Shown: positions 6,771 to 13,630 of the stretch, in pieces
How positions within the stretch are numbered: position 1 is the first letter of the stretch
How the letters are laid out: each line of letters begins with the position of its first letter
DNA from: Verrucomicrobiota bacterium
GTDB lineage: Bacteria > Verrucomicrobiota > Verrucomicrobiia > Limisphaerales > CANJXF01
Assembly: GCA_038214755.1 (NCBI GenBank)
Contig: JBBQRQ010000123.1
Span: 1-13,630 of the forward strand
Reading direction: 5' to 3'
Length of the DNA: 13,630 nucleotides
Translations under genes and position numbers: made by a program
Notes under the pieces: generated by a model
Database searches by the model: none
What the model was told of the DNA's origin: nothing
The model's input: only the letters and a program-made list of their open reading frames with translations

Positions 6771-9700
6771 TTAGAGACGATGGATGCGATAGAACTGGGT
6801 CGGGCCGTTTGTCGCCTTGACCGCTTGAAACACGCTGGGACTGAGTAGGGTAATTGTCGCCGCAGGGCTGACATCGACGTAGGGTCCGGTCACGACCGCG
6901 GAGCTTTGCAGTGCGAATGAAGCAGGCACGTCCGTGGTATCCGGGCTGGTAAATCTAATGACAACATTGGTTCCCACAATTTGAGTGCTAGTAATGCGAG
7001 GAATGAGACTCACCACCCTGACGTTTGAATAATAAACGGCGGCCAAATCACCAATCGAAGCATACGGGTCGCAATATCCCAGCATGATGTCGCCGCTCGG
7101 GAAGTTAGTGGCGTTGGCGGCAGTCAACACAACCGTTTTGTTGATCGAGACCGTAACAGTGTTATTGACTTTTTTCATTTCGACATCTGACCAGATTGTA
7201 TTGGCGTTGCCGGCGATTGATCCCGGTGAACCAGAACCGCCGCCTGAGCTATAGGGCGGATTCTTGAATGCCTGGGTGAAAGAAGCAGCCGATGCGGTTG
7301 CTATCGAGAATGGGGCATTCGTCGGCCCATTGCCTCTATACAAAACATAATCTCCCGGAGCACTCCCACTGGCATCAGCTACCACGGCAGCCCAAAAGCC
7401 GTCATTATTGGTGGAAGTGTTATTAGCTGGGTCACCACTTTGCGCGGGAATCCAGTTGGTTCTAAGACCGGAATGGTTAATGCCGAAGGCAGCGAATTCC
7501 GTGGTGCCAACCGAAGGATTTTGAATGAGACACATGTTAAATCTCATTGCAAAATTGTTACTGAAACTTTGCCCATTGGGATAAACGTTGATCCCCGCAG
7601 CGCCGTTGGCCGTGGGGTCGCTTTTATTAACGGTTAACTTGAGCGCAGTAACGGCGCCGTTGGGCGCATTGGAAACGTTATCAGAAGCGAGTGGGTAACC
7701 AAATTGAACGAAGAAATCATCAATCAAATTATTGGCCGCGAAATTGGTATGCCAGTTCGCGCTGGTATCGGCGCTCAGCGGATCGGCGAATAATACTGTC
7801 TCGGGCGGGTTCTCGTCGTCAATGATGGTTCCAATGGCCGTATTGGTCGCGGCGGTAAATCCAGTGCCACTAGTTAATCCAACGATTACGGTTTTGTTTC
7901 CGGTGAAGAGACTGTTATCCAAAGGAGAGATAGTGTTGGTGACATCCACTACACCGGGATCGATTGAAACCGTTTGGCTTACCGGAACAAAATCCACGTT
8001 CGCTACTGCGGTGCCCGCGTAAGTATAATTGGCAGGGTTAAGCGAGTAAGTGGCCGCATTCAGGTCTCCCAGCCGAGTAATTCTCAAACTGATATAATCA
8101 TTGGTGATCCGCTCATACATGTTGGGGTTGACCAAAGAAATCCGAAGGACCTGAGCATCATTGTCAGCAATAGTAACGGTGGCAGTTGTCGGTGAAACGG
8201 CGGAATAACTCGGCCCACCAACGACGGTAAGAACGACCGTTTCAGTTAACTCAGAAACCGAATCGTCGATCGGAGTAATAGTAATATTGGTGGAGAGTTG
8301 GCCTGCGGCGATGGTTACCGAATTCGTAGTCAAAACATAATCCACTCCGTTGCTGGCCGTGCCGCTTAACGTGTAATTAACTACCAGCGGATTGCCCAGA
8401 TCCGTGGCGGAACGGGTGATGGTGAAGACGCCCGGGCTCAAGCCCGCTTCTGAAGCATTGGGAGTTCCCGCGACCACGCTCGCAGTCGTCGCCGGAGTGG
8501 TGAGTTGAAACGCGCCCTTGGTTCCCGTCGAATCGTTGCTTGTAATCGTCGTCGTCGTCAGTCCCAGCGAATAAACCCGCAGAAGGGCTTGGCCGGAGCT
8601 AACCGTGTAGATATTGTCTGCGGCATCCCACGCCATGTCCCGCCCATTGGCAGTCAGAGGAGGAAGATTGATGGTAAACATATTGGCCAGATCGGGAATG
8701 CCGCCGACTAACGGCAAAATAGTCACATGGCTATCGTCATGAACACAGGCGAGATATTTTCCATCAGGAGAAATCATAATCGCGCGCGTTTGACGAAGCG
8801 GATCGGGACTGCCGCCCTGAGCCATTGAACCCCAGAGTTGGGTTACACCGTCGGTATCAAAGACCTTGACGCTATCGACGTCTGTTCCGGCGCTGCGATT
8901 CACTGAGGTATAAAATTTTCCGTCCCGGCCAATATCCATGTCCGTGGTCAAATCCGCCACGGAAGGGATGCCCGCGTTGCCGAGAATGGCCGAGGGAGGA
9001 GAATTCCATGGGAGCGGCCCCGCTCCAATGTCCCAGCGCACGATACTATTAAAAGGAGCAATGGAACCATCAATCATATAAAGAACGAGATTACTGGTGG
9101 TCAAGGAACCTTGCGCGAGCGGAGTGCTGGCCGAATCAGTATGAACAGTGGAATTTGTAAATTCTCCAATGCCCGCAAAAACTTGATTGCTCGAATTTGC
9201 GCTGACGTTCGGATCCACTGACCAGGTCATGGCAGCGGCGGTGGAAAAATTATTGATATACAATCTATTATCCTGGCCCACGCCTATTTTAAATGGATCG
9301 CTCGCTGCGCCCGCGCCGAAATCAATTCCGGCGGTTAACGCTGTATTACCTTGTCCGACCGCATCCGTTAAATCTGGATTAAGCACATAAATCCCGTCGC
9401 CGACCGGTCGAGTGGCGGCGGTGCCAGCCGCGCTGTTGGCGACATAGACCCGGCCAAAATATTGGCTGCCGGCATTCGTGTTGACCGATACTCCGCGCGG
9501 GCTGTTGAACTTCACAAAATTGTTCGTGTCCACGCTCAGTTGCGTCGGAACTCCGGCGCCGACTTTAAAAACGACAATTGAATAATTCGTGTGGGTTCCC
9601 AGGAGAAACGACTGCGGCCCTTGGGCGAGCGCGCCCAGATTATTCGTGCTGGTATTATTATCGAATCTCACGCTCACATTATCCGCGTTCTCATTGAGCG

Positions 9701-9824
9701 TGAATTGAATCGTTCCCCCGCTATTGGTGATGGCGGAAGCGTAAGGATGCGCATGGCTCAATAAAGGAAACCAAGTGAGGGTTAGGACGCACAGGACTAC
9801 GCGGAAGGTTTTAGGGATATTCAT
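6771..9824 (-). CDS. Large secreted multidomain protein (~1017 aa): signal peptide, NHL/WD-like beta-propeller, two Calx-beta domains, beta-sandwich domain, C-terminal 'FYRI' domain
   Basis: Signal peptide MNIPKTFRVVLCVLTLTWFPLLSHA from ATG 9824, with AAGGA upstream (preferred over 9869). Propeller blades: FNSPRGVSV, DMDIGRDGKFY, IMISPDGKYL, DMAWDAADNIY. Calx-beta signatures: ASEAG...VFTITRS...VNYTLSGTASNGVDY...ITPIDD...ETVVLT...ATVTIADND, and a second copy ending GTIIDDE. The protein ends TNGPTQFYRIHRL. Confidence 0.88.
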   Translation of the reverse strand: MNIPKTFRVVLCVLTLTWFPLLSHAHPYASAITNSGGTIQFTLNENADNVSVRFDNNTSTNNLGALAQGPQSFLLGTHTNYSIVVFKVGAGVPTQLSVDTNNFVKFNSPRGVSVNTNAGSQYFGRVYVANSAAGTAATRPVGDGIYVLNPDLTDAVGQGNTALTAGIDFGAGAASDPFKIGVGQDNRLYINNFSTAAAMTWSVDPNVSANSSNQVFAGIGEFTNSTVHTDSASTPLAQGSLTTSNLVLYMIDGSIAPFNSIVRWDIGAGPLPWNSPPSAILGNAGIPSVADLTTDMDIGRDGKFYTSVNRSAGTDVDSVKVFDTDGVTQLWGSMAQGGSPDPLRQTRAIMISPDGKYLACVHDDSHVTILPLVGGIPDLANMFTINLPPLTANGRDMAWDAADNIYTVSSGQALLRVYSLGLTTTTITSNDSTGTKGAFQLTTPATTASVVAGTPNASEAGLSPGVFTITRSATDLGNPLVVNYTLSGTASNGVDYVLTTNSVTIAAGQLSTNITITPIDDSVSELTETVVLTVVGGPSYSAVSPTTATVTIADNDAQVLRISLVNPNMYERITNDYISLRITRLGDLNAATYSLNPANYTYAGTAVANVDFVPVSQTVSIDPGVVDVTNTISPLDNSLFTGNKTVIVGLTSGTGFTAATNTAIGTIIDDENPPETVLFADPLSADTSANWHTNFAANNLIDDFFVQFGYPLASDNVSNAPNGAVTALKLTVNKSDPTANGAAGINVYPNGQSFSNNFAMRFNMCLIQNPSVGTTEFAAFGINHSGLRTNWIPAQSGDPANNTSTNNDGFWAAVVADASGSAPGDYVLYRGNGPTNAPFSIATASAASFTQAFKNPPYSSGGGSGSPGSIAGNANTIWSDVEMKKVNNTVTVSINKTVVLTAANATNFPSGDIMLGYCDPYASIGDLAAVYYSNVRVVSLIPRITSTQIVGTNVVIRFTSPDTTDVPASFALQSSAVVTGPYVDVSPAATITLLSPSVFQAVKATNGPTQFYRIHRL

Positions 9825-9950
9825 AATAGTTTTTTTTCCTTGTTTCTCTGTTTCATTGATTGGAAACACTAAAAATCGTACGTCACATTTTCCGGATTCC
9901 GCCTCCTCGCTGGAGGACGAAGTGACGAAATGATCTCCGAGATTGGAGTT

Positions 9951-9997
9951 ATCTTAGAACGGGTCGGTTGCTTTTCAAGCCCAAATCTTTTTTTTTT
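9951..9997 (-). promoter_or_regulatory. Putative sigma70 promoter for the large secreted protein gene
   Basis: Minus strand TTGAAA (9978-9973), 16 nt, TAAGAT (9956-9951), with an A10 tract (9997-9988) upstream in an UP-element position. Confidence 0.45.
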
Positions 9998-10035
9998 AAC
10001 TCCCTTAACAGAAGGGATCGCGCCCATTGCAAAAA

Positions 10036-10863
10036 TCATTTTGTTGAGCCTAAGAAATGATATTCGTCGGTTCCGAGAATGAAACTGCCTACATATTTTT
10101 TCTGAGTCACCCATTCAGCGTGGCCATCGGCGAACACCACATTTCCTCCGTCGCTGCCGTGATTGTCTCCTGGATCGGGATAATCACCGTTTGCTCCACC
10201 GCCCCCTTGACTAATCGAATCGTCGGCATCGTAAATAATCCAAACGAAAGACGCAGTGGCGCGCCGACTCCGATAATCGTAACGGGTTCCCGCTTGATTT
10301 ATGTAAATGTGATTATTTACGGAATTTTGGGTTTTACGCACGTTTCGGCCGGAACTCGTCGCGGTTCCATTTTGCCCGCAAAAAAAGCCGGCGACTTCAT
10401 AGCTATGCCCAGTGGTTCCCGCTAATCCGGCTGCATTGTCTATTAAAGGGAGGACGTAGAGAGTATTCCCATGCAAGCGTTCTTCATAAGAAAGCGGGAC
10501 TCCTTCAACAATAGGCGCTATCGGTCCCTGGCCTGATACCCCTTGGGTTCTATTCGTAACGACGTTTCTGGTTGAAGGACACTGAAATGCCTTGAGATTC
10601 GAGACATATTGAGGAAAGAGCCAGTTCAGATCATCATCTCCATAATTCACCACGCCGCTCAACGCTTTCTTAGCGTCCTCATCCGCATAGAGTTGGCTGC
10701 CGATGCCCATTTGTTTCTCGTTACTCAGACAACTGATTCGAAGCGCCTTGTTTTTCGCCTTGGACAAAGCCGGAAGGAGCAAGCCGGCGAGGATGGCAAT
10801 GATCGCGATCACCACCAATAGTTCAATCAACGTGAATCCTGAAATGACAGATCGCTGTTTCAT
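10036..10863 (-). CDS. Second prepilin-type N-terminal cleavage/methylation protein with an H-X9-DG-like motif (H-X10-DG here)
   Basis: [37 protein letters not shown]...[35 protein letters not shown] 10863 gives a typical short basic leader and is preferred over 10914. Confidence 0.92.
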   Translation of the reverse strand: MKQRSVISGFTLIELLVVIAIIAILAGLLLPALSKAKNKALRISCLSNEKQMGIGSQLYADEDAKKALSGVVNYGDDDLNWLFPQYVSNLKAFQCPSTRNVVTNRTQGVSGQGPIAPIVEGVPLSYEERLHGNTLYVLPLIDNAAGLAGTTGHSYEVAGFFCGQNGTATSSGRNVRKTQNSVNNHIYINQAGTRYDYRSRRATASFVWIIYDADDSISQGGGGANGDYPDPGDNHGSDGGNVVFADGHAEWVTQKKYVGSFILGTDEYHFLGSTK

Positions 10864-10990
10864 AAATGGCGGGTTCCAATCGACTTGACTTATCCACGCG
10901 TTAACCTGCGTCAAAGTCTTTCATCCGACAAGGGAAATTCCCGGAGGAAAATACTGCTAGATTCCAGCGAGTGGTTTGATTCTGATTTTT

Positions 10991-11047
10991 GTCGGCAGTT
11001 CTGCCGACTATAGCCATGTTCTCGCACAGGTAGCATTCGGCCTGTGC
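10991..11047. promoter_or_regulatory. Pair of perfect inverted repeats in the divergent promoter region (candidate operators)
   Basis: GTCGGCAG-TT-CTGCCGAC (10991-11008) and GCACAGG-N10-CCTGTGC (11024-11047). Confidence 0.45.
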
Positions 11048-11117
11048 AAATTTCCGAGGTCCTACTGTAGAGAAAGGTGAAATCACTTCTGCCAGGCATC
11101 GGTCACGCTATGAATTT

Positions 11118-11277
11118 GAAACCCGAAATCCGAAATCCCGCAGAGCGTGACGAACTCCGAAATCTGAAAACAGCGTCCGGTCTCCATCTGAAAAAGTGCG
11201 ACAGTGGGGGCTTCACTCTGCCCTTATTTGGGGCTTCGGATTTCGGATCTCTTTCGGATTTCGAACTTCGGTTTTCG
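11118..11277. repeat. Inverted arrays of a degenerate heptamer (GAAATCC)n ... (GGATTTC)n
   Basis: Left: GAAACCC GAAATCC GAAATCC (11118-11138) and GAACTCC GAAATCT GAAA (11152-11169). Right: GGGCTTC GGATTTC GGATCTC TTTC GGATTTC GAACTTC GGTTTTC (11231-11276). GGATTTC is the reverse complement of GAAATCC. Confidence 0.8.
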
Positions 11278-11279
11278 CG

Positions 11280-13454
11280 ATGAAACGACTTTTCTTCCTT
11301 TCACGAATCCTGCCAGTCGTTGCCGGGTGGGTGACGTTCAGTGGCGCAACATCTCATGCTGCAATTGAAAAGGCCGCACCCGCCACGATCTCTCGCGTTG
11401 AACGAATACCCAATCTCCCAAAGCCCTTTGCCCTCCGCGATTGGCAGCAGGTCACCCGTGATTACCTCGATTTCGTTTTTGATTTTGGCCAGCGGGGCGA
11501 GCACCTGCCGCTCGTCGAGTGGTGGGATAAGAGCCGCACGATGGTTTCGTTTCCATCCTATGTCGGAGGCCCGAGAGATGCCGAAGCGGTCAACTTTCTC
11601 GCAGCGGTCATCAGCGGTTCATTGGTCGGATTGGATATGCGAAATTATCGCGGTCAAGACTGGGTGACGTTAGGCACGAACTTCTTCAACCCGGAGGAGG
11701 GTGTTTATGTGAATCGTCCGCGCGGCAGCACGGGCGACTCATTTTGGTATGATGTTTTTCCCAATGTTCTCTTCTACCAACTCAATGCCTTATATCCAGG
11801 AAATTCCGTACGCGACCAGCAGGCACTCGCGGTTGCGGGGAAGTGGCATGAAGCATGTGTGGCATTAGGCGGTAAAACCAATCCGCCCGCGCTTCCTAAC
11901 TTCGACCACACTGGACTGAACCTTAAAACGATGACGCCGGTGGAGAAGGGGCGGATTGAACCGGAAGGTGCGGCCGGCATCGCGTGGCTCGAATACATGG
12001 CGTGGCTCAAGTTCAAAGACCCGCGCTTTCTCACGGCAGCGGACTGGTCTCTCAGGTCGCTCACGGAAAAGCCGGTTGAACAGAGTCCACTCTATGAAGT
12101 GCTCCTGCCCTATGGCGCGCTGCTGGCCGCGCGCATGAACGCCGAACTGGGCCGTCATTACGACGTGGCGAAACTGGTGAATTGGTGCTTTGACCCGCAT
12201 GGCCGGCTTCAAGCCCGACCGGGGTGGGGAGTCATAACGGATCGCTGGAACGACCTTGATGCGCATGGCCTGGTCGGGAGCGTCACGGACGGCGAAGGCT
12301 ACGCTTTCGCCATGAACACGTTTCAATGGGTTGGCGCGCTGCTGCCGCTTGCCCGCTATGACACCCGTTACGCACGCGACCTTGGCAAGTGGACTCTGAA
12401 CCTCGCGAATGCGGCGCGTCTCTTTTATCCGAATGCGCACGACGCGGAGCATCAATCGAGTTACGCCTGGGCAAAAACGCATGACGGCAAATCGGTGATC
12501 GGTTACGAGGGGATTCGCAAATGGAAGCGTGGTTCTGCTACAGTTCGCGCTGACTACCGCACGGTGGGCGGAAAAATTGTGCGGGGAAACTTCGCATCGA
12601 CTCATTTCCGAGGCGAGGTGCCACCCGATCTTGAAGTATTCGAGGAGGCATCATCCGGCAATGGGCCGCCGTTTGAACATATCTGGGAGTTCAACCTTCC
12701 CAAAGCGAAGGGACGCTGGCTCGTGGTGGCGGCGGAACGAATCGATGGCGGACATGCAAGCAACACCTTCCGCTTTTCTTTTTCGAGCCGTTCAGATGGT
12801 CCATACACGCCCGCTTTCTCGCTCGCGGAGCGTGGCTCCGGTTCCGCTAGTGTAGTGGAATTGCCCGCCGAACTACGCGACAAACTTTATGTGAAAGCGG
12901 AGAGCACGGATCGGTCTTCCAATTGGAGCGGACAGGACAAGTTAGCTGTGGATGCGATATCGATTTCCTATCGCTCAGATATTGGCCCGTTTGCCCAAGG
13001 CGATCTCGTGGTCTCATTCATTGACCTCCTCAAAGAAGCCACCGTTCCCATTGTGCTCTATCGCCCAGCTTCGGTTATCACCGACCTGGGTCTTTACGGC
13101 AGTTCCCACGTGGGAATTCTCGGCGGTATCATCAAGCAGACCAACGTGGAAAAAATTCTGCAACTGGATCTCTTGAAAACAGATTACTACCATGCCAAAG
13201 CCTACCCCACCTATCTCTACTACAACCCTTACAGTTCGACGAAGACGGTAGTGATCGAGCTTGGGTCGGAAGCAAAAGATGTTTACGATGCCGCCAGTGA
13301 TCAATTCCTTATGAAGAATGTTCAAGGCCGCGCGCAAATCAAAATACCATCTGACATCGCGAGAATCGTGGTGCTCGCACCCGCGGGAGGAAAAATGGTA
13401 CGCGAAGGAAAACGGACCCTGATCGACAATGTTGTTGTGCGTTACACGAACTAG
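11280..13454 (+). CDS. Secreted conserved hypothetical protein (~724 aa), possibly carbohydrate-active with a helical-barrel core and an internal beta-sandwich insertion
   Basis: Signal peptide MKRLFFLSRILPVVAGWVTFSGATSHA from ATG 11280; the upstream ORF extension is translated repeat DNA. The aromatic- and acid-rich helical core (SFWYDVFPN, EPEGAAGIAW, LYEVLLPYG, AARMNAE, YAFAMNTF, RYDTRYARDLGKW, LYGSSHVG, AYPTYLYYNP) is recalled as a conserved uncharacterised family. The function is inferred only. Confidence 0.8.
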   Translation: MKRLFFLSRILPVVAGWVTFSGATSHAAIEKAAPATISRVERIPNLPKPFALRDWQQVTRDYLDFVFDFGQRGEHLPLVEWWDKSRTMVSFPSYVGGPRDAEAVNFLAAVISGSLVGLDMRNYRGQDWVTLGTNFFNPEEGVYVNRPRGSTGDSFWYDVFPNVLFYQLNALYPGNSVRDQQALAVAGKWHEACVALGGKTNPPALPNFDHTGLNLKTMTPVEKGRIEPEGAAGIAWLEYMAWLKFKDPRFLTAADWSLRSLTEKPVEQSPLYEVLLPYGALLAARMNAELGRHYDVAKLVNWCFDPHGRLQARPGWGVITDRWNDLDAHGLVGSVTDGEGYAFAMNTFQWVGALLPLARYDTRYARDLGKWTLNLANAARLFYPNAHDAEHQSSYAWAKTHDGKSVIGYEGIRKWKRGSATVRADYRTVGGKIVRGNFASTHFRGEVPPDLEVFEEASSGNGPPFEHIWEFNLPKAKGRWLVVAAERIDGGHASNTFRFSFSSRSDGPYTPAFSLAERGSGSASVVELPAELRDKLYVKAESTDRSSNWSGQDKLAVDAISISYRSDIGPFAQGDLVVSFIDLLKEATVPIVLYRPASVITDLGLYGSSHVGILGGIIKQTNVEKILQLDLLKTDYYHAKAYPTYLYYNPYSSTKTVVIELGSEAKDVYDAASDQFLMKNVQGRAQIKIPSDIARIVVLAPAGGKMVREGKRTLIDNVVVRYTN

Positions 13455-13503
13455 AAAAATGGTTCTTCGATATTTTCAGTGGAATAGAAGCCGGTTGTTT
13501 CCA

Positions 13504-13607
13504 AAAAGCGGTGGAGGACCACCGCAGTCCAAGACGCTCGCGCGAAATTAGACGGTGCATGGATTGCGCGGCACCGTCTTGGACAGCGGTGGTCCTCCAC
13601 CGCTTTT
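13504..13607. repeat. REP-like inverted doublet (REPIN/BIME-like element) downstream of the last gene
   Basis: AAAAGCGGTGGAGGACCACCGCAGTCCAAGACG (13504-13536) and its reverse complement at 13575-13607 match at 32/33 positions. Each arm contains its own hairpin (GCGGTGG-AGGA-CCACCGC). Confidence 0.85.
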
Positions 13608-13630
13608 GCAAAAGCGACGTAGCCAGGAAT

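Noticed and set aside
6771..9824. About 23 N-x-S/T sequons as evidence of canonical N-glycosylation
   Set aside because: The protein is very rich in Asn, Ser and Thr, so this count is not clearly above chance without a computed null.
9988..10017. Hairpin TCCCTT-AACAG-AAGGGA next to a T10 run as an intrinsic terminator
   Set aside because: The T run is 5' of the hairpin on the + strand, and on the transcribed - strand the hairpin is followed by A's. The geometry is wrong for termination.
11118..11277. CRISPR array or tRNA/ncRNA interpretation of the repeats
   Set aside because: The units are 7-nt tandem repeats without unique spacers, there are no cas genes, and there is no cloverleaf.
11196..11279. 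Upstream extension of the last CDS (…GFGFRISFGFR…) and the 11077-11283 ORF
   Set aside because: These are translations of the heptamer repeat arrays. The signal peptide begins at ATG 11280.
20..13611. Numerous overlapping alternative-frame and antisense ORFs in the ORF track (e.g. 20-505, 621-1181, 2607-3179, 5346-5918, 11865-12605, 13339-13611)
   Set aside because: They shadow well-supported genes or translate repeat DNA, lack motifs, and are expected in GC-rich sequence.

Overview
Bacterial window, most likely Verrucomicrobiota (Pedosphaera/Limisphaerales-like). This is inferred from the prepilin H-X9-DG genes, the C-terminal 'FYR' tails and the repeat types. Gene order on the + strand: 5'-truncated TPR protein, secreted purple-acid-phosphatase-type metallophosphoesterase, then (on the - strand) a small decayed gene remnant, then an antitoxin and VapC/PIN toxin coupled to thymidine phosphorylase (deoA), and a secreted BNR/Asp-box (sialidase-fold) protein. 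A - strand cassette follows: prepilin-type H-X9/10-DG gene, ~1000-aa secreted beta-propeller/Calx-beta protein, second prepilin-type gene. The window ends with inverted heptamer repeat arrays, a large secreted conserved hypothetical protein (+) and a REP-like doublet. Most notable: (i) two unrelated exported proteins share a ~70-aa C-terminal domain ending in F-Y-R-[VI], and one is bracketed by pilin-like genes (candidate sorting/secretion module); (ii) a GTAG-type REP hairpin sits in frame inside deoA; (iii) Thr-Asn dipeptides are strongly enriched in the FYR-tailed proteins; (iv) the last protein appears to carry a ~150-aa inserted domain. No rRNA, tRNA, CRISPR array or transposase was seen. 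All calls come from reading motifs by eye; no database search was run.
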